Positions 39,061 through 49,481 of a stretch of DNA of 64,000 nucleotides are shown here, one piece after another. This DNA comes from a candidate division WOR-3 bacterium. Its GTDB lineage: Bacteria > Hydrothermota > Hydrothermia > LBFQ01. Where the stretch lies: contig JBDRWW010000001.1 in assembly GCA_039802605.1 (NCBI GenBank), positions 32,001-96,000 of the forward strand. The letters run 5' to 3'. A program made the position numbers and the translations under genes. The stretch's first letter is position 1. Each line of letters opens with the position of its first letter. The notes below the pieces were generated by a model. The model searched no databases and had not been told where the DNA came from. It saw only the letters and a list, made by a program, of their open reading frames with translations.

Positions 39061-39841
39061 GGAGTTCGTATATCTTTCCGCACATCAGAGGTTTTCCGAG
39101 GCAAAGGGGTTAATACCTGGGCTTGATAAGAAAAAACTCATAGAATGGATAAGGTATCACCTTTTGGGTTCAATGCTTTACGAGGTTTTTCCAGACTTAG
39201 AGGAACTTTCGCTTGACAGGGCTCAAACGGTTATATTTTGGAGAATAATAGGGGAAATCGTTGATATTTTTGCAAACTCGCCGGTTGATGTTGTTGTTTT
39301 CAAAGGGGGACATATAAAGGATTTTTATCCAAACCCTTATTGGAGGATGATCTCGGATTTAGATGTTTATGTTAGGGCGGGGGATATTGATAACTTGGAA
39401 GATTATTTATTGGGTTCGGGTTTTAAAAAGACCTCTACGGGATATTACCAACGCTCGTACAACTACAAAGGTATAATGGTTGAGGTTCATAGCAGGTTTG
39501 CGAGGAGGTTGTATCCAGATGTTATAAATGGGGATTTGGTTTTTAAACATTCCGATAGAGTTAAAGGCTCGGTTTTGTATCCCACTAAGGATTTGGAAAT
39601 AACGATTTTTTATTTCCACGCCTACAAAAGCGCGTATACGACATCTTTTAGGGCTATATGGTGGCTTGACGAGTATTTTTTAAAATCCGCAGGCGCAAAA
39701 CCATTAAACATTCCAAAAATAAAAACCTGCATAAAATGGTTTGAAGGCTTTAATTGGAAAAACCTGGTATGCAAGGACCCCCCAAAGATTTACAGGAGCA
39801 TCTTGGGAATCCCGCACGCCTTGATCCTCAGGCTATTTTAA
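39032..39841 (+). CDS. Nucleotidyltransferase-family protein (NTP_transf_5-like)
   Basis: FKG..YP....R..SDLD and VEVH motifs. Confidence 0.75.
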   Translation: MGIESSLPYKEFVYLSAHQRFSEAKGLIPGLDKKKLIEWIRYHLLGSMLYEVFPDLEELSLDRAQTVIFWRIIGEIVDIFANSPVDVVVFKGGHIKDFYPNPYWRMISDLDVYVRAGDIDNLEDYLLGSGFKKTSTGYYQRSYNYKGIMVEVHSRFARRLYPDVINGDLVFKHSDRVKGSVLYPTKDLEITIFYFHAYKSAYTTSFRAIWWLDEYFLKSAGAKPLNIPKIKTCIKWFEGFNWKNLVCKDPPKIYRSILGIPHALILRLF

Positions 39842-40808
39842 TTAAGCCCATATCCACCGCCTCGTTTAAAACCTTTTCCCATCCCAACTCCTCCAAAACC
39901 GTCCATCTGTGCGGCCTTGTAAAGGATGCCTTTGAAAATACCATTTTTACAAAATCTTCTTTCATCTCAATACTTTCGGGAAATCCGATACCTATAAGAT
40001 ATTTCCTGACCCTTTCCCAATCCTTATAACCGTTTAACTTTAAAAACAGGGGGGTGAAAAAGCCCACCTGTATTCCATGCTTTCCACCAAACCCCAGAAT
40101 ATCAAGGGAATGGCTCATTTTATGCTCCGGGCCACTTGCGGGCCTTGAAGAGCCCGATATTTCCATAGCCCAACCGCTTAAAATCAAACCCCAAGCGAGA
40201 ATCTCCAAGTTCTCAAAGGGATTTAAATCTAAAATTGATAACGCGGAAGATTTTGATATTAGAGATGCCAAAAAACTATAAGGTTCCGATGACTTATCCT
40301 TAAATTTATCCCAATCAATGGAAGCGGAAAGGTTGGAGATTAAATCCCCAGTTCCCGCCAATATACTCCATTCGGGCGCTTCGGAAATTATGGAAATATC
40401 AACTATTACACCGTAAGGCAAGCCTATGAACTCACTTTTGTGATTTTTAACACCAACGGGTGATGCTATGCCATCGCTTGATAGCAATGTGGGTATTGAA
40501 ATAAAGGGCAATCCCAATTCCTTTGATAAAAATTTTCCCCTATCGATTACGGAACCCCCACCTACGGATATTATGCACCTAAGAACATCACCGGCATTAC
40601 CCAGTATCCCTTTAAGAATCTCCCCATATTGCCTTGAAAAACTTTTCCCGTGGAGGATCAAACAGGAGTTTTTACCAAAAATATCCCTTAACCTATAAGC
40701 CCACTCCTCCAAAATCCCAAAGCCCACATCAACTATTTTATAAAATTTTACACCATCCGTAACAATCTCTTTACTCCCAACCTCAAAACCATCCAAAAAG
40801 CCTCCCAT
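39828..40808 (-). CDS. sn-glycerol-1-phosphate dehydrogenase-like (EgsA/AraM family)
   Basis: GGGSVID.GK, PT.LSSDGIASP, SRPASGPEH..SH, HG.QVG. Exact start uncertain. Confidence 0.85.
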   Translation of the reverse strand: MGGFLDGFEVGSKEIVTDGVKFYKIVDVGFGILEEWAYRLRDIFGKNSCLILHGKSFSRQYGEILKGILGNAGDVLRCIISVGGGSVIDRGKFLSKELGLPFISIPTLLSSDGIASPVGVKNHKSEFIGLPYGVIVDISIISEAPEWSILAGTGDLISNLSASIDWDKFKDKSSEPYSFLASLISKSSALSILDLNPFENLEILAWGLILSGWAMEISGSSRPASGPEHKMSHSLDILGFGGKHGIQVGFFTPLFLKLNGYKDWERVRKYLIGIGFPESIEMKEDFVKMVFSKASFTRPHRWTVLEELGWEKVLNEAVDMGLIKIA

Positions 40809-41461
40809 ATTATTCCCCTGTTTAACTTTGATTTTCCCGCCCTCCTTTCAACGAATATTATCGGCATTTCACACACCTTAAAACCCTTAACCCAAAGGTA
40901 AAAGTGTATTTCTATTTGAAAGGCATAACCGTCGGACCTTATCTTGTTCAAATCAATGGATTTTAGACACTCAACCTTTATAGCCTTAAAACCCGAAGTC
41001 AAGTCCTTAATATTTACACCCGTAAAAATCCTCGCATAAAGGTTTGCAAAGTATGATAGTAAAAGCCTGGTTATCGGCCAATTGACTACGCTAACACCCT
41101 TAACATACCTTGAACCTATTACCACATCGCAGTTTTCAAGGTTTTCAACCATTCGCTCAATATCCTTAGGGTCATGGGAAAAATCCGCATCCATTTCAAC
41201 CACAACATCATAACCCCTTTCAATGGCCCATTTGAATCCGGTAATATATGCCGAACCCAAACCCATCTTTTTCGGTCTTTCCAACAAGTGTATCTTTTTA
41301 TCCTTTTCTTGCATGGTTTTTACGATGCCGGCCGTCCCATCGGGTGAGCTATCGTCTATTACCAAAACATCGGGATCCACACTTAAACTACGAACTTCCT
41401 TTAATATAGCGGCTATATTGTCCGCCTCGTTATATGTGGGAATTATTACGAGAACTTTCAC
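40748..41461 (-). CDS. Polyprenol-monophosphomannose synthase-like GT2
   Basis: [45 protein letters not shown]. Confidence 0.9.
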   Translation of the reverse strand: MKVLVIIPTYNEADNIAAILKEVRSLSVDPDVLVIDDSSPDGTAGIVKTMQEKDKKIHLLERPKKMGLGSAYITGFKWAIERGYDVVVEMDADFSHDPKDIERMVENLENCDVVIGSRYVKGVSVVNWPITRLLLSYFANLYARIFTGVNIKDLTSGFKAIKVECLKSIDLNKIRSDGYAFQIEIHFYLWVKGFKVCEMPIIFVERRAGKSKLNRGIIWEAFWMVLRLGVKRLLRMV

Positions 41462-42318
41462 CCGTACTTATAAAACCCTTCGCCGGTTTTCCTTCCCAAT
41501 TTACCCGCTTCCACCATCTTTACGAGCAAAGGACAAGGTCTATATTTTGGATCCCTTAGATCGTTGTAAAGGACTAGTAAAATGTTTAAACACACATCCA
41601 AACCTATAAAGTCCGCCAGTTGCAAAGGTCCCATAGGATGGTTCATACCGAGTTTCATAACCGTATCTATGGCTTCCTTGTCCGCCACACCCTCATATAA
41701 AGCCCATATAGCCTCGTTTATCATGGGCATTAAAACCCTGTTTGACACAAAGCCGGGATAATCCTTAACCTCAACGGGAACCTTCTCCAACCTTTTAGCG
41801 AGTTCTATTATTACATTTACCGTTTCATCCGATGTTGAATAACCCCTAACGACCTCCACGAGTTTCATCACGGGTACCGGATTGAAAAAGTGCATTCCGG
41901 CAAAAAGTTCGGGCTTTCCCGTGTAATTCGCCAACCTGGTAATGGAAATTGAGGATGTGTTTGATGTTATTATAACCTCCGGCCTTACGATTTTGGAAAC
42001 ATGCGAAAGTACATCCCTCTTTACGGTTTCCTCCTCGAAAACCGCCTCAACCACAAAATCAACATCCGATAAAAATCCTATATCCGTGGATGTTTGTATG
42101 CGGGAAAGTATTTCACCTATACTATCCTCGGATATTATACCCTTTTTGGCCTGTCTGTGTAGGTTTTTCTCTATGGTTTCCAGGGCATTTTTTAACTGCC
42201 CCTCACCCTTATCAACTAGTTTAACGGAATATCCGTATTGGGCAAATACATGGGCTATACCGTTTCCCATTGTTCCAGCGCCTATTACACCCACGACTTT
42301 TATATTTTCCACATTCAT
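41458..42318 (-). CDS. hbd: 3-hydroxybutyryl-CoA dehydrogenase
   Basis: [35 protein letters not shown]. Confidence 0.93.
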   Translation of the reverse strand: MNVENIKVVGVIGAGTMGNGIAHVFAQYGYSVKLVDKGEGQLKNALETIEKNLHRQAKKGIISEDSIGEILSRIQTSTDIGFLSDVDFVVEAVFEEETVKRDVLSHVSKIVRPEVIITSNTSSISITRLANYTGKPELFAGMHFFNPVPVMKLVEVVRGYSTSDETVNVIIELAKRLEKVPVEVKDYPGFVSNRVLMPMINEAIWALYEGVADKEAIDTVMKLGMNHPMGPLQLADFIGLDVCLNILLVLYNDLRDPKYRPCPLLVKMVEAGKLGRKTGEGFYKYG

Positions 42319-42327
42319 AAGGCCGAT

Positions 42328-42361
42328 ATTTTACCCTTGAAAGGGTTTTCAGCGGTAAAAT
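42328..42361. promoter_or_regulatory. Divergent -10 boxes TAAAAT (-) 42328-42333 and TAAAAT (+) 42356-42361, each 9 nt before ATG
   Basis: Recurring motif and spacing. Confidence 0.7.
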
Positions 42362-42370
42362 ACCCAACTT

Positions 42371-43147
42371 ATGTTCTTGCTATACCCATACATTTCCGCC
42401 TACAAGGTTGTTTATACAAAGGGTTGGGATTTAAGGGTAGGGGTTGATATAGTGGGTAATTTTTGGTATTATTCCATTCCAACATACGACCAGTACGGAT
42501 TTGCGGGTTATACCCAAACGGATTTTGGCCAAAGCATAAATTATTACTTCGGTTCAACGGATTTTTCGTATTCAAACGGCAAGTTGGCTTTCAGCGTATT
42601 TTATAATTCTATAAAACAAAACCGGCTAAACGCCTACGATGTTGATATAAATGAGAACTTTTACGGCTATGGGTTGAGTTTGGGTTATACCCCATTTAAG
42701 AACATATCAGTTGGTTTAACCGGGGAGATTTATAACGATAACAGGTTTGTAGGTTTGGAAGCTTTATTCGGATACGGTTATAACTTTTACATTGGGGGGA
42801 ATGTTCTAAGGGGATTAAGCGGTGGTATAGACTACCTTATGTTTTCGTCCGTGGCGTTAAAAGATGAGAGGTTTTCAGAGTTGAAGTTTTACTTAACAAA
42901 CAGGTATAAATCCATGGGAATATTGAGGTATGAGACATTCTTAACGAAAAATTTGCGGGTTAAATTGGGGGCGGGAGCCATATACGAAGACAGCACATAT
43001 AAACCGCTTTTTCTGGTGGGGCAGGAGATGAACCAACTCGACCGGGTCTTGGGAATTGATATAGGGGTTTATCCGAGAAGTGCGGAAATCAGGGGTGGCA
43101 GGGTTGATTGGAATGAAATAATGCTTTACATATGGCTGAAAATCTAG
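42371..43147 (+). CDS. Hypothetical protein, probable small outer-membrane beta-barrel
   Basis: Tyr/Gly-rich amphipathic strands (YGLSLGYT, LRVKLGAG) and terminal MLYIWLKI. Confidence 0.55.
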   Translation: MFLLYPYISAYKVVYTKGWDLRVGVDIVGNFWYYSIPTYDQYGFAGYTQTDFGQSINYYFGSTDFSYSNGKLAFSVFYNSIKQNRLNAYDVDINENFYGYGLSLGYTPFKNISVGLTGEIYNDNRFVGLEALFGYGYNFYIGGNVLRGLSGGIDYLMFSSVALKDERFSELKFYLTNRYKSMGILRYETFLTKNLRVKLGAGAIYEDSTYKPLFLVGQEMNQLDRVLGIDIGVYPRSAEIRGGRVDWNEIMLYIWLKI

Positions 43148-44061
43148 CCCATACACCCGTTTTATTTAAGGAAGCGATAGAACTTTTGGATTTAAAGGAG
43201 GGTTTAATAGTTTTGGATGCAACATTCGGTTTGGGAGGGCATGGATTTGAAATGGCGCAAAGGATAAAACCGGGTATTCTCATAGCCTTAGAAAAAGATC
43301 CGTTCACATACTCCTTGGTATCCCAAAAAATCCCAGCACTATCCAATATAAAACTCTTTAACACGGGCTACGAAAACCTTGACAAAGTGATGTTAAAATT
43401 GGGTTTGAGCTACATTGATAGGGCTTTTTTTGATTTGGGAATTTCATCCGTTTCCCTGGAAAACCGTAGGGGTTTCTCTTTTAAAAAGGACGAGGTTTTA
43501 GACCTGAGGTTTAACCCAAATGAGGGGAAACCCGCTTATGAAGTCTTAAAAGAATTGAATGAAATGGAAGTTGAAAGGATTTTACGGGTTTATGGGGAGG
43601 AGAGAAAGTCAAGGATAATTGCCAAAAAGATCTATAAAATCGCAAGAGAGGTAGATATCATAAGGACTTCACACATTTCAAAGGTTGTGGATTCCGTTTA
43701 TCCCCCACCTTTAAGGTCAAAGGCAAAGGCAAGGGTTTGGCAGGCTTTGAGGATATATGTTAATAACGAACTGGAAAACCTCAGGAAGGGTTTAGCCTTG
43801 GCTTTAAAGTATTTAAAGGTTGGTGGGAGGTTGGTGGTTATAACTTTTCATTCCTTGGAAGACAGGATGTTAAAAAGTCTCAGATATTTCCCTTTTGTGG
43901 AGGATATAACGGGAAAACCGATAACCCCTACGCGAGAAGAGGTTGAGGAGAACCCAAGAAGCAGATCCGCAAAAATGAGGGTTTTCATAAAGGTTGGTGA
44001 GGTGGATCATTACAAACTTTTGAGGGATAGAAGGTTTGCAAACCCCTTTAAGATAAAATGA
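43132..44061 (+). CDS. rsmH: 16S rRNA m4C1402 methyltransferase
   Basis: HTPVL, DATFGLGGH, DLGISS, QALRIYVN.EL, FHSLEDR, NPRSRSAKMR. Confidence 0.96.
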   Translation: MAENLAHTPVLFKEAIELLDLKEGLIVLDATFGLGGHGFEMAQRIKPGILIALEKDPFTYSLVSQKIPALSNIKLFNTGYENLDKVMLKLGLSYIDRAFFDLGISSVSLENRRGFSFKKDEVLDLRFNPNEGKPAYEVLKELNEMEVERILRVYGEERKSRIIAKKIYKIAREVDIIRTSHISKVVDSVYPPPLRSKAKARVWQALRIYVNNELENLRKGLALALKYLKVGGRLVVITFHSLEDRMLKSLRYFPFVEDITGKPITPTREEVEENPRSRSAKMRVFIKVGEVDHYKLLRDRRFANPFKIK

Positions 44062-44240
44062 GGGGCATTATTATCCACATCATCATAATTTCCCTTATCC
44101 TCCTCTTAAGCGCCGTTATGAACTCTTACACTATTACCATTTTGAGTAAAAAAATGGCGGTAAAAAGGGATGAGCTCAGGAAAACCTCTTGGGTTGAGGA
44201 TAGCATTAGATTTTTGAGGTTTTCAAAACCTTATGAGTAG
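44058..44240 (+). CDS. Small single-TM protein, possibly FtsL-like
   Basis: ATGA-coupled immediately after rsmH, where ftsL usually lies. One TM helix plus a short helical tail. Confidence 0.45.
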   Translation: MRGIIIHIIIISLILLLSAVMNSYTITILSKKMAVKRDELRKTSWVEDSIRFLRFSKPYE

Positions 44241-45043
44241 ATATAACCGAAAAACCTAAACAAAAGGAAAAAACCTACCAGAGACATTATTAAGCTATCA
44301 ACCCTATCAAACAAACCCCCATGACCGGGCATAATCTTGCCGGAATCTTTAACCCCCTTTTCCCTTTTTAATGCGGATTCGACCAGATCCCCCAATTGTG
44401 CAAATACACCTATATATATTCCGCTTAAGGTGTAAAAGGGAAGCCTGTCAAATCCCCAGAAAGCATACCCCAATATTCCACCAACGATGGCGCTTGTTAA
44501 CAACCCACCCAACAAACCCTCCAAGGTTTTACCGGAACTAATCCTAGTAAATATTTTCCTCCTTCCGGAGAATTTACCGAATAGATATGCACCCGTATCA
44601 AATGACCAATTAACCGCTAATACAAAAAGGCACAATTCAAACGAAAATTCCCTCAAAGTTATAATTATATTTGCGGGCACCAAGATATATACCGCCACGG
44701 CCAAAAGTATCAAGGCCTCTTTAACGCTAAAACCCAAAAGGTAATTTACAATGCCGAATATAAACAGAAGGATAAAGGATAGTATAAATCCACCTTCCCA
44801 AAACGCCAAACCTATGGCAAACAAACCCACAAAAAAACTTAACAGGCTAAACCTATTAACAACCAAACGATATATTTCATAATACAGGATTATTATGGCT
44901 ATGAATATCGCGAGTTTGAAATATATTCCCCCAAGCCAAAAGGCCAAGGCAAAGGGGGGTAGGATTAAGACAACGCCTAAAATTCTCTTAAACAGATCAT
45001 ACAACTTTTCCAAATTTTCTGACCCTCTTTGAAAAATCCTCAA
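44231..45043 (-). CDS. cdsA: Phosphatidate cytidylyltransferase
   Basis: DTGAY..G, KTLEG, GDLVES.LKR..GVKDSG..MPGHGG.FDRVDS. The real start may be TTG 45013. Confidence 0.93.
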   Translation of the reverse strand: MRIFQRGSENLEKLYDLFKRILGVVLILPPFALAFWLGGIYFKLAIFIAIIILYYEIYRLVVNRFSLLSFFVGLFAIGLAFWEGGFILSFILLFIFGIVNYLLGFSVKEALILLAVAVYILVPANIIITLREFSFELCLFVLAVNWSFDTGAYLFGKFSGRRKIFTRISSGKTLEGLLGGLLTSAIVGGILGYAFWGFDRLPFYTLSGIYIGVFAQLGDLVESALKREKGVKDSGKIMPGHGGLFDRVDSLIMSLVGFFLLFRFFGYIYS

Positions 45044-45686
45044 TGGCCTTTAAAAACTCCTCCTCACGGAAATCCGGCCACAAGACATCCGTTATATACA
45101 GTTCCGCGTATGCGGTATGCCATAGCAGGAAATTGGAAATCCTACGCTCACCGGCCGTCCTTATTAGTAAATCTACATCGGGCAATTCAGGGTCGTATAG
45201 GAAATTCCTAAAAGTTTCCTCATCTACCTCTTTAACGCCGGACCTCAAAACCTTATTTACGGCATCCACTATCTCCTGCCTACCCCCGTATGATAAGGCC
45301 AAGTATAGGTTTAAATCCCTATTGTTCTTCGTCTTTTCCATCGCAAAGTTCAAGGCATCCAAGACCTCATTCCCTAGGCTTTCAAGCCTCCCTATGGCCC
45401 TAACCCTAACCCCCTGCCTGTTTAAATCCTCAACCTCTTTTATCAACAATGTTCTAAGGAGATACATAAGGTATGAAACCTCTTCCTTTGGCCTTTGCCA
45501 ATTTTCCGAGGAAAATGTGTAAAGGGTTAGGTATTTTATTCCAACCCTTTTTGCAACCCTAACAACCGAACGGACGGATTCCACCCCAACCCTATGACCC
45601 ATAACCCTCGGCAAACCCCTGATCTTAGCCCACCTACCATTCCCATCCATTATTATCCCAACATGGTAAGGGATGCTATTCTTCAA
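44997..45686 (-). CDS. uppS: Undecaprenyl diphosphate synthase
   Basis: HVGIIMDGNGRWA, FSSENWQRP, RTAGERRISNFLLW. Confidence 0.96.
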   Translation of the reverse strand: MKNSIPYHVGIIMDGNGRWAKIRGLPRVMGHRVGVESVRSVVRVAKRVGIKYLTLYTFSSENWQRPKEEVSYLMYLLRTLLIKEVEDLNRQGVRVRAIGRLESLGNEVLDALNFAMEKTKNNRDLNLYLALSYGGRQEIVDAVNKVLRSGVKEVDEETFRNFLYDPELPDVDLLIRTAGERRISNFLLWHTAYAELYITDVLWPDFREEEFLKAIEDFSKRVRKFGKVV

Positions 45687-46230
45687 GGATTTCCTTCTCC
45701 TTTTCTTTAAAGGCCTTATCCACCTCCTCTATAAACTTATCCGTAATTTTTTGGATATTTTCCTCACCCCTATATCTATCATCCTCAGTGATTTCCTTAT
45801 TCTTCTCCATCTCCCTAATTTTTTCTATGGCATCCCTGCGGATATTCCTTATGTGAATCTTTGCCTCTTCTGCCATTTGCTTTGCCAGCTTTACCAACTC
45901 TTTCCTCCTCTCCTCGGAAAGGGGAGGGATTTCAATTTTTAGAACTTTACCTTCCTTTTTTGGGGTAAGGTTTAAATTTGCGGCTATTATTGCCCTCTCT
46001 ATTTCGGGCAGGGAGTTGGCATCCCAAGGGTTTATTATAAGAAGCCTACCCTCGGCCGCCGTAATACTCGCTATTTGATTTATGGGTATCAATTGACCGT
46101 AATAATTCACCTTTACCCCCTCCAATATTGCGGGGTTTGCCCTACCAGCCCTCAACTTCTTATACTCCCTTTTTAAATGCTCAACGGCTTCCCTCATCCT
46201 CCTTTCGGCATCCTTAAATACCTCGTTCAT
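45676..46230 (-). CDS. frr: Ribosome recycling factor
   Basis: RAGRANP, PPLSEERRKELVK, IRNIRRD. Start set to ATG 46230. Confidence 0.96.
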   Translation of the reverse strand: MNEVFKDAERRMREAVEHLKREYKKLRAGRANPAILEGVKVNYYGQLIPINQIASITAAEGRLLIINPWDANSLPEIERAIIAANLNLTPKKEGKVLKIEIPPLSEERRKELVKLAKQMAEEAKIHIRNIRRDAIEKIREMEKNKEITEDDRYRGEENIQKITDKFIEEVDKAFKEKEKEILEE

Positions 46231-46238
46231 AAGCGTGT

Positions 46239-46244
46239 ATTTTA
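46239..46244 (-). promoter_or_regulatory. -10 box TAAAAT, 8 nt before frr ATG
   Basis: Recurring motif and spacing. Confidence 0.7.
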
Positions 46245-46258
46245 CCCCCGTAAAATTT

Positions 46259-46939
46259 TCAAATACCCCTTTTGCTAACCCAAAAGGAACTAACAACCAA
46301 AACGCATAAAGATGCCAAGAAATTTTTTACCGTATAACCTATATCAACATAAGGTTTAACATTCTCCCCTAGGTACATTTCCGTAATTTTAAATGTTATC
46401 TTTGGTGCGGGTATAAACTTCAAAGCGATTAAGGAGAGTATAACCAAAAGGACGGTTAAAAACCACCTTGCGGGAAGTTCCTTTGTAAAAGATGACATTG
46501 AAAGGGATAGGGATGATATGGTCAAGGTTGTTAAAAGGGATAATATATAGGATACGATTATCCCATTCACCGAATAATCACCTGTACTAATAAAAGGCCG
46601 GGCTGAAAGGTAAAGGAACAGAAAGAAAAGGAGCCAATATAATGAGTTTTCAACAGCCAACAATATCCATTTTGAAAGTAGTATTTTCCACCTATGAACG
46701 GGTAGAGTGTTTAAAAATTCCCTAAGGTTTCCGTTATCCTCATTGAAATAGTGAGCCATTCCGGATATAAAACTCCAAAAGAATATGCCCACACCCGATA
46801 ATAAAACTGGAATAAAACCGGGAAAATTTCTATAATAAGACAGGTATAAGCCTATACCACCTAAGGAAGAAATTATCAAAATGTTGGAAAAAATCCACCA
46901 CTTCGTAATTTTAAAATCCTTCCACAGTAATGCCCTCAT
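46259..46939 (-). CDS. ABC-2-type permease
   Basis: LLWKDF, FLNTLPVHRWKILLSK, about six TM helices. Coupled to the ATPase. Confidence 0.8.
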   Translation of the reverse strand: MRALLWKDFKITKWWIFSNILIISSLGGIGLYLSYYRNFPGFIPVLLSGVGIFFWSFISGMAHYFNEDNGNLREFLNTLPVHRWKILLSKWILLAVENSLYWLLFFLFLYLSARPFISTGDYSVNGIIVSYILSLLTTLTISSLSLSMSSFTKELPARWFLTVLLVILSLIALKFIPAPKITFKITEMYLGENVKPYVDIGYTVKNFLASLCVLVVSSFWVSKRGI

Positions 46940-47595
46940 GCAAACAACCCCTTGTATATATCCTTAACCTTATCCCTTTCAAATGTTTCTTCAACGAATT
47001 TTCCGTTCTTTAAAAACACGAACCTTGTGGCAAAGTCCGAAAGTTCGTCTATCTGATGGGATGTAAATATAAATGTTCCCTCCCCTTTCCCTTTCATCAT
47101 CCTAACCACCTTTTCCCTTAGCACGAAATCAAGGGAGGATAAGGGTTCATCTATTAAATACAATTTTGCCTTTACGGAAAGCCCTATGGCTATCCTTATA
47201 AGTGTCCTTTCCCCTTTTGAAAATTCGCTATATTTACGCCAAGGGTTTAAATTCAAAAGTCCAAGAAAGTTTTCAAACAGATCCTCGTCTATTTCCCAAA
47301 AACTCCCGACAAATTTCAAAATCTCGTAAATTTTAAAACCTGGATAGAGGTTATCCCTCTCGCTAACATAGGATATAAGCCTCCTACTCTTTGTGGATGG
47401 AATCTTTGTATTATATATAGTAATTTCCCCCTTTTGAAAGGGTTCAATGTTTGCAAGGATTTTTAAAAATGTGGTTTTCCCATAACCGTTTGGGGCCAAA
47501 ATGAAAACCCTTTCACCTTCTTCAACCAAAAAGTCTAAATCCTTTAAAACGGCCTTCCTTCCATAAATCTTTAATAATCCTTCCACCTTTAACAT
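46936..47595 (-). CDS. ABC transporter ATP-binding protein
   Basis: PNGYGKTT, FSKGE, LIDEP, SH. Confidence 0.9.
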   Translation of the reverse strand: MLKVEGLLKIYGRKAVLKDLDFLVEEGERVFILAPNGYGKTTFLKILANIEPFQKGEITIYNTKIPSTKSRRLISYVSERDNLYPGFKIYEILKFVGSFWEIDEDLFENFLGLLNLNPWRKYSEFSKGERTLIRIAIGLSVKAKLYLIDEPLSSLDFVLREKVVRMMKGKGEGTFIFTSHQIDELSDFATRFVFLKNGKFVEETFERDKVKDIYKGLFA

Positions 47596-47604
47596 TAATC
47601 GGGA

Positions 47605-47644
47605 ATTATACCGTTGAAAACGATAAACCCTTCACCCTTATAAT
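47605..47644. promoter_or_regulatory. Divergent -10 boxes TATAAT (-) 47605-47610 (9 nt) and TATAAT (+) 47639-47644 (10 nt before tRNA-Tyr)
   Basis: Recurring motif and spacing. Confidence 0.7.
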
Positions 47645-47654
47645 ATCCGCCTTC

Positions 47655-47738
47655 GGTGGGGTTCCCGAGCGGCCAAAGGGGCCAGGCTGTAAACCTGGTG
47701 GCGTAACGCCTTCGGGGGTTCAAATCCCTCCCCCACCA
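47655..47738 (+). tRNA. tRNA-Tyr (GTA), CCA not encoded
   Basis: Acceptor GGTGGGG/CCCCACC with A discriminator, CCAGG-CTGTAAA-CCTGG, variable arm, TTCAAAT. Confidence 0.97.
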
Positions 47739-47742
47739 CTTT

Positions 47743-48729
47743 TTGGACGAGGTTTTAATTACGGGTGTTGGTGGGTTTATAGGTTCCTTTTTGGCAAAAG
47801 CGCTCCTCAAAAGGGGATACAAGGTAGTGGGCATTGATAACTTTGACCCATATTATCCCAAGGATTACAAACTTTTAAGGCTTGAAATGTTGAAGGGTTT
47901 TACAAACTTTGAGTTTTACGATGTGGATTTCACCGAATACGAAAGCCTTAGAAAGGTGTTTGAAAATAGGAACTTTTCGGGAGTTTTACATATAGGCGCA
48001 AAGGCCGGGGTTAGGGCGAGCATACAAAACCCCGAGGGGTATATAAAGGTGAATACCTTGGGAACATTGAACATATTAAAGGTTATGTTAGAATTCGGAA
48101 TAAGAAAAATCCTTATGGCATCAACATCTTCCATATACGCCGGGCATAACCCCCCATTTGTTGAAAGCATGAAAACGGATACACCCATATCACCCTATGC
48201 GGTAAGCAAGAAGGCCGCAGAAAATTTATTATATACATACCATCACCTTTACGGTATAGATGCTCTTGTTTTGAGGTATTTTACCGTTTATGGACCGGCT
48301 GGGAGGCCTGATATGAGTATTTTTAAGATATTTTACTCGGCTTTTTCGGGTAGCGAATTCCCCCTTTATGGGGATGGTAGTCAAAGGAGGTCCTTTACGT
48401 TCGTAGAGGATGTTGTTGATGGAACCATAAAGGCGTATGAGACGATAAAGGGTTTTGAAGTTATAAACATAGGAAACCCCACGGACGAGGCCTTATTTAA
48501 TGTTATAAACCATGTGGAAAATCTTGTGGGGAATAAGGTGAAAATTCGGTTTTTGGAGTTTAATAGGGCGGATGTTATGGAAACAAAGGCGGATATTACA
48601 AAGGCGAGAAAGCTGTTGAATTGGGAACCAAAAACGGATATTTATACGGGTTTGGAAATAACTTACCATTGGTTTAGGGAAAATTGGGATAGGATTAAAG
48701 AAATTTTTCCGGAAATGCCGAGAATATGA
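47743..48729 (+). CDS. NAD-dependent nucleotide-sugar epimerase (UDP-glucuronate 4-epimerase-like)
   Basis: TGVGGFIG, AGVR.S, YAVSK, RYFTVYGP.GRPDM. TTG start. Confidence 0.92.
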   Translation: MDEVLITGVGGFIGSFLAKALLKRGYKVVGIDNFDPYYPKDYKLLRLEMLKGFTNFEFYDVDFTEYESLRKVFENRNFSGVLHIGAKAGVRASIQNPEGYIKVNTLGTLNILKVMLEFGIRKILMASTSSIYAGHNPPFVESMKTDTPISPYAVSKKAAENLLYTYHHLYGIDALVLRYFTVYGPAGRPDMSIFKIFYSAFSGSEFPLYGDGSQRRSFTFVEDVVDGTIKAYETIKGFEVINIGNPTDEALFNVINHVENLVGNKVKIRFLEFNRADVMETKADITKARKLLNWEPKTDIYTGLEITYHWFRENWDRIKEIFPEMPRI

Positions 48730-49481
48730 TAAGGGTTATAGGCATCCCATTTGAAACTTCGGAAAACTTTTTAAGGGGTGCGGCTTTGGGACCCTCACAT
48801 ATCAGGTGGCACCTTTGGGGAATAGATAGGTATAGCCCACATTTCAATGCTTTTATGCCCGAATACGAGGATTTGGGGGATATTTGGACGAACTTTGATT
48901 TAAAGGTTGAGGAAAGGTTAAAGGATATAAGGGAAAGGTTAAAGGGTTTGGTTGAAGGAAAGGTTTTATTCCTAGGTGGAGACCATACCATAAGTTTTAT
49001 TACCGTTCCGATTTTGGCAGAAAAATTTGGTGATTTTGCGATTTTACACCTCGACGCGCATTTGGATAGGTGGGACAATTTCGGTGGGAAGTATTCACAT
49101 GCAACGGTTATGAGGAGGCTTGAAGAAATGGGTTTTAAGGTGGGAACATTCGGATATAGGACCGTTGGGGAGGAAGAATACGAACCGGAATTTGGTTATA
49201 AGTTTGGCATTGAAGGCTTGGAAGAATTCGTAAATGGAAATAAGGCAATTTATTTATCCTTTGATTTTGACTTTTTTGATCCATCGTTTTTTCCCGCAGT
49301 TAGCAACCCAGAGCCAATGGGTTTTACATTTAAAGATTTCATTGGGATTTTAAGGAGTTTAAAGGGAAAGGTTATAGGGGCTGAACTCGTGGAGTACTTA
49401 CCAACCTTGGATTACTCCCGCCAATGCGGTACAATAGCCGCCATAGTTTTCAGGGAAGTTTTAACGGTTATGGGTTTATAG
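48726..49481 (+). CDS. speB: Agmatinase / ureohydrolase family
   Basis: GGDH, DAHLD, SHAT, DFDFFDP, PEPMG. Confidence 0.8.
   Translation: MIRVIGIPFETSENFLRGAALGPSHIRWHLWGIDRYSPHFNAFMPEYEDLGDIWTNFDLKVEERLKDIRERLKGLVEGKVLFLGGDHTISFITVPILAEKFGDFAILHLDAHLDRWDNFGGKYSHATVMRRLEEMGFKVGTFGYRTVGEEEYEPEFGYKFGIEGLEEFVNGNKAIYLSFDFDFFDPSFFPAVSNPEPMGFTFKDFIGILRSLKGKVIGAELVEYLPTLDYSRQCGTIAAIVFREVLTVMGL

Noticed and set aside
39032..39841. Lasso-peptide cluster suggested by the nucleotidyltransferase family
   Set aside because: No precursor, cyclase or peptidase gene nearby.
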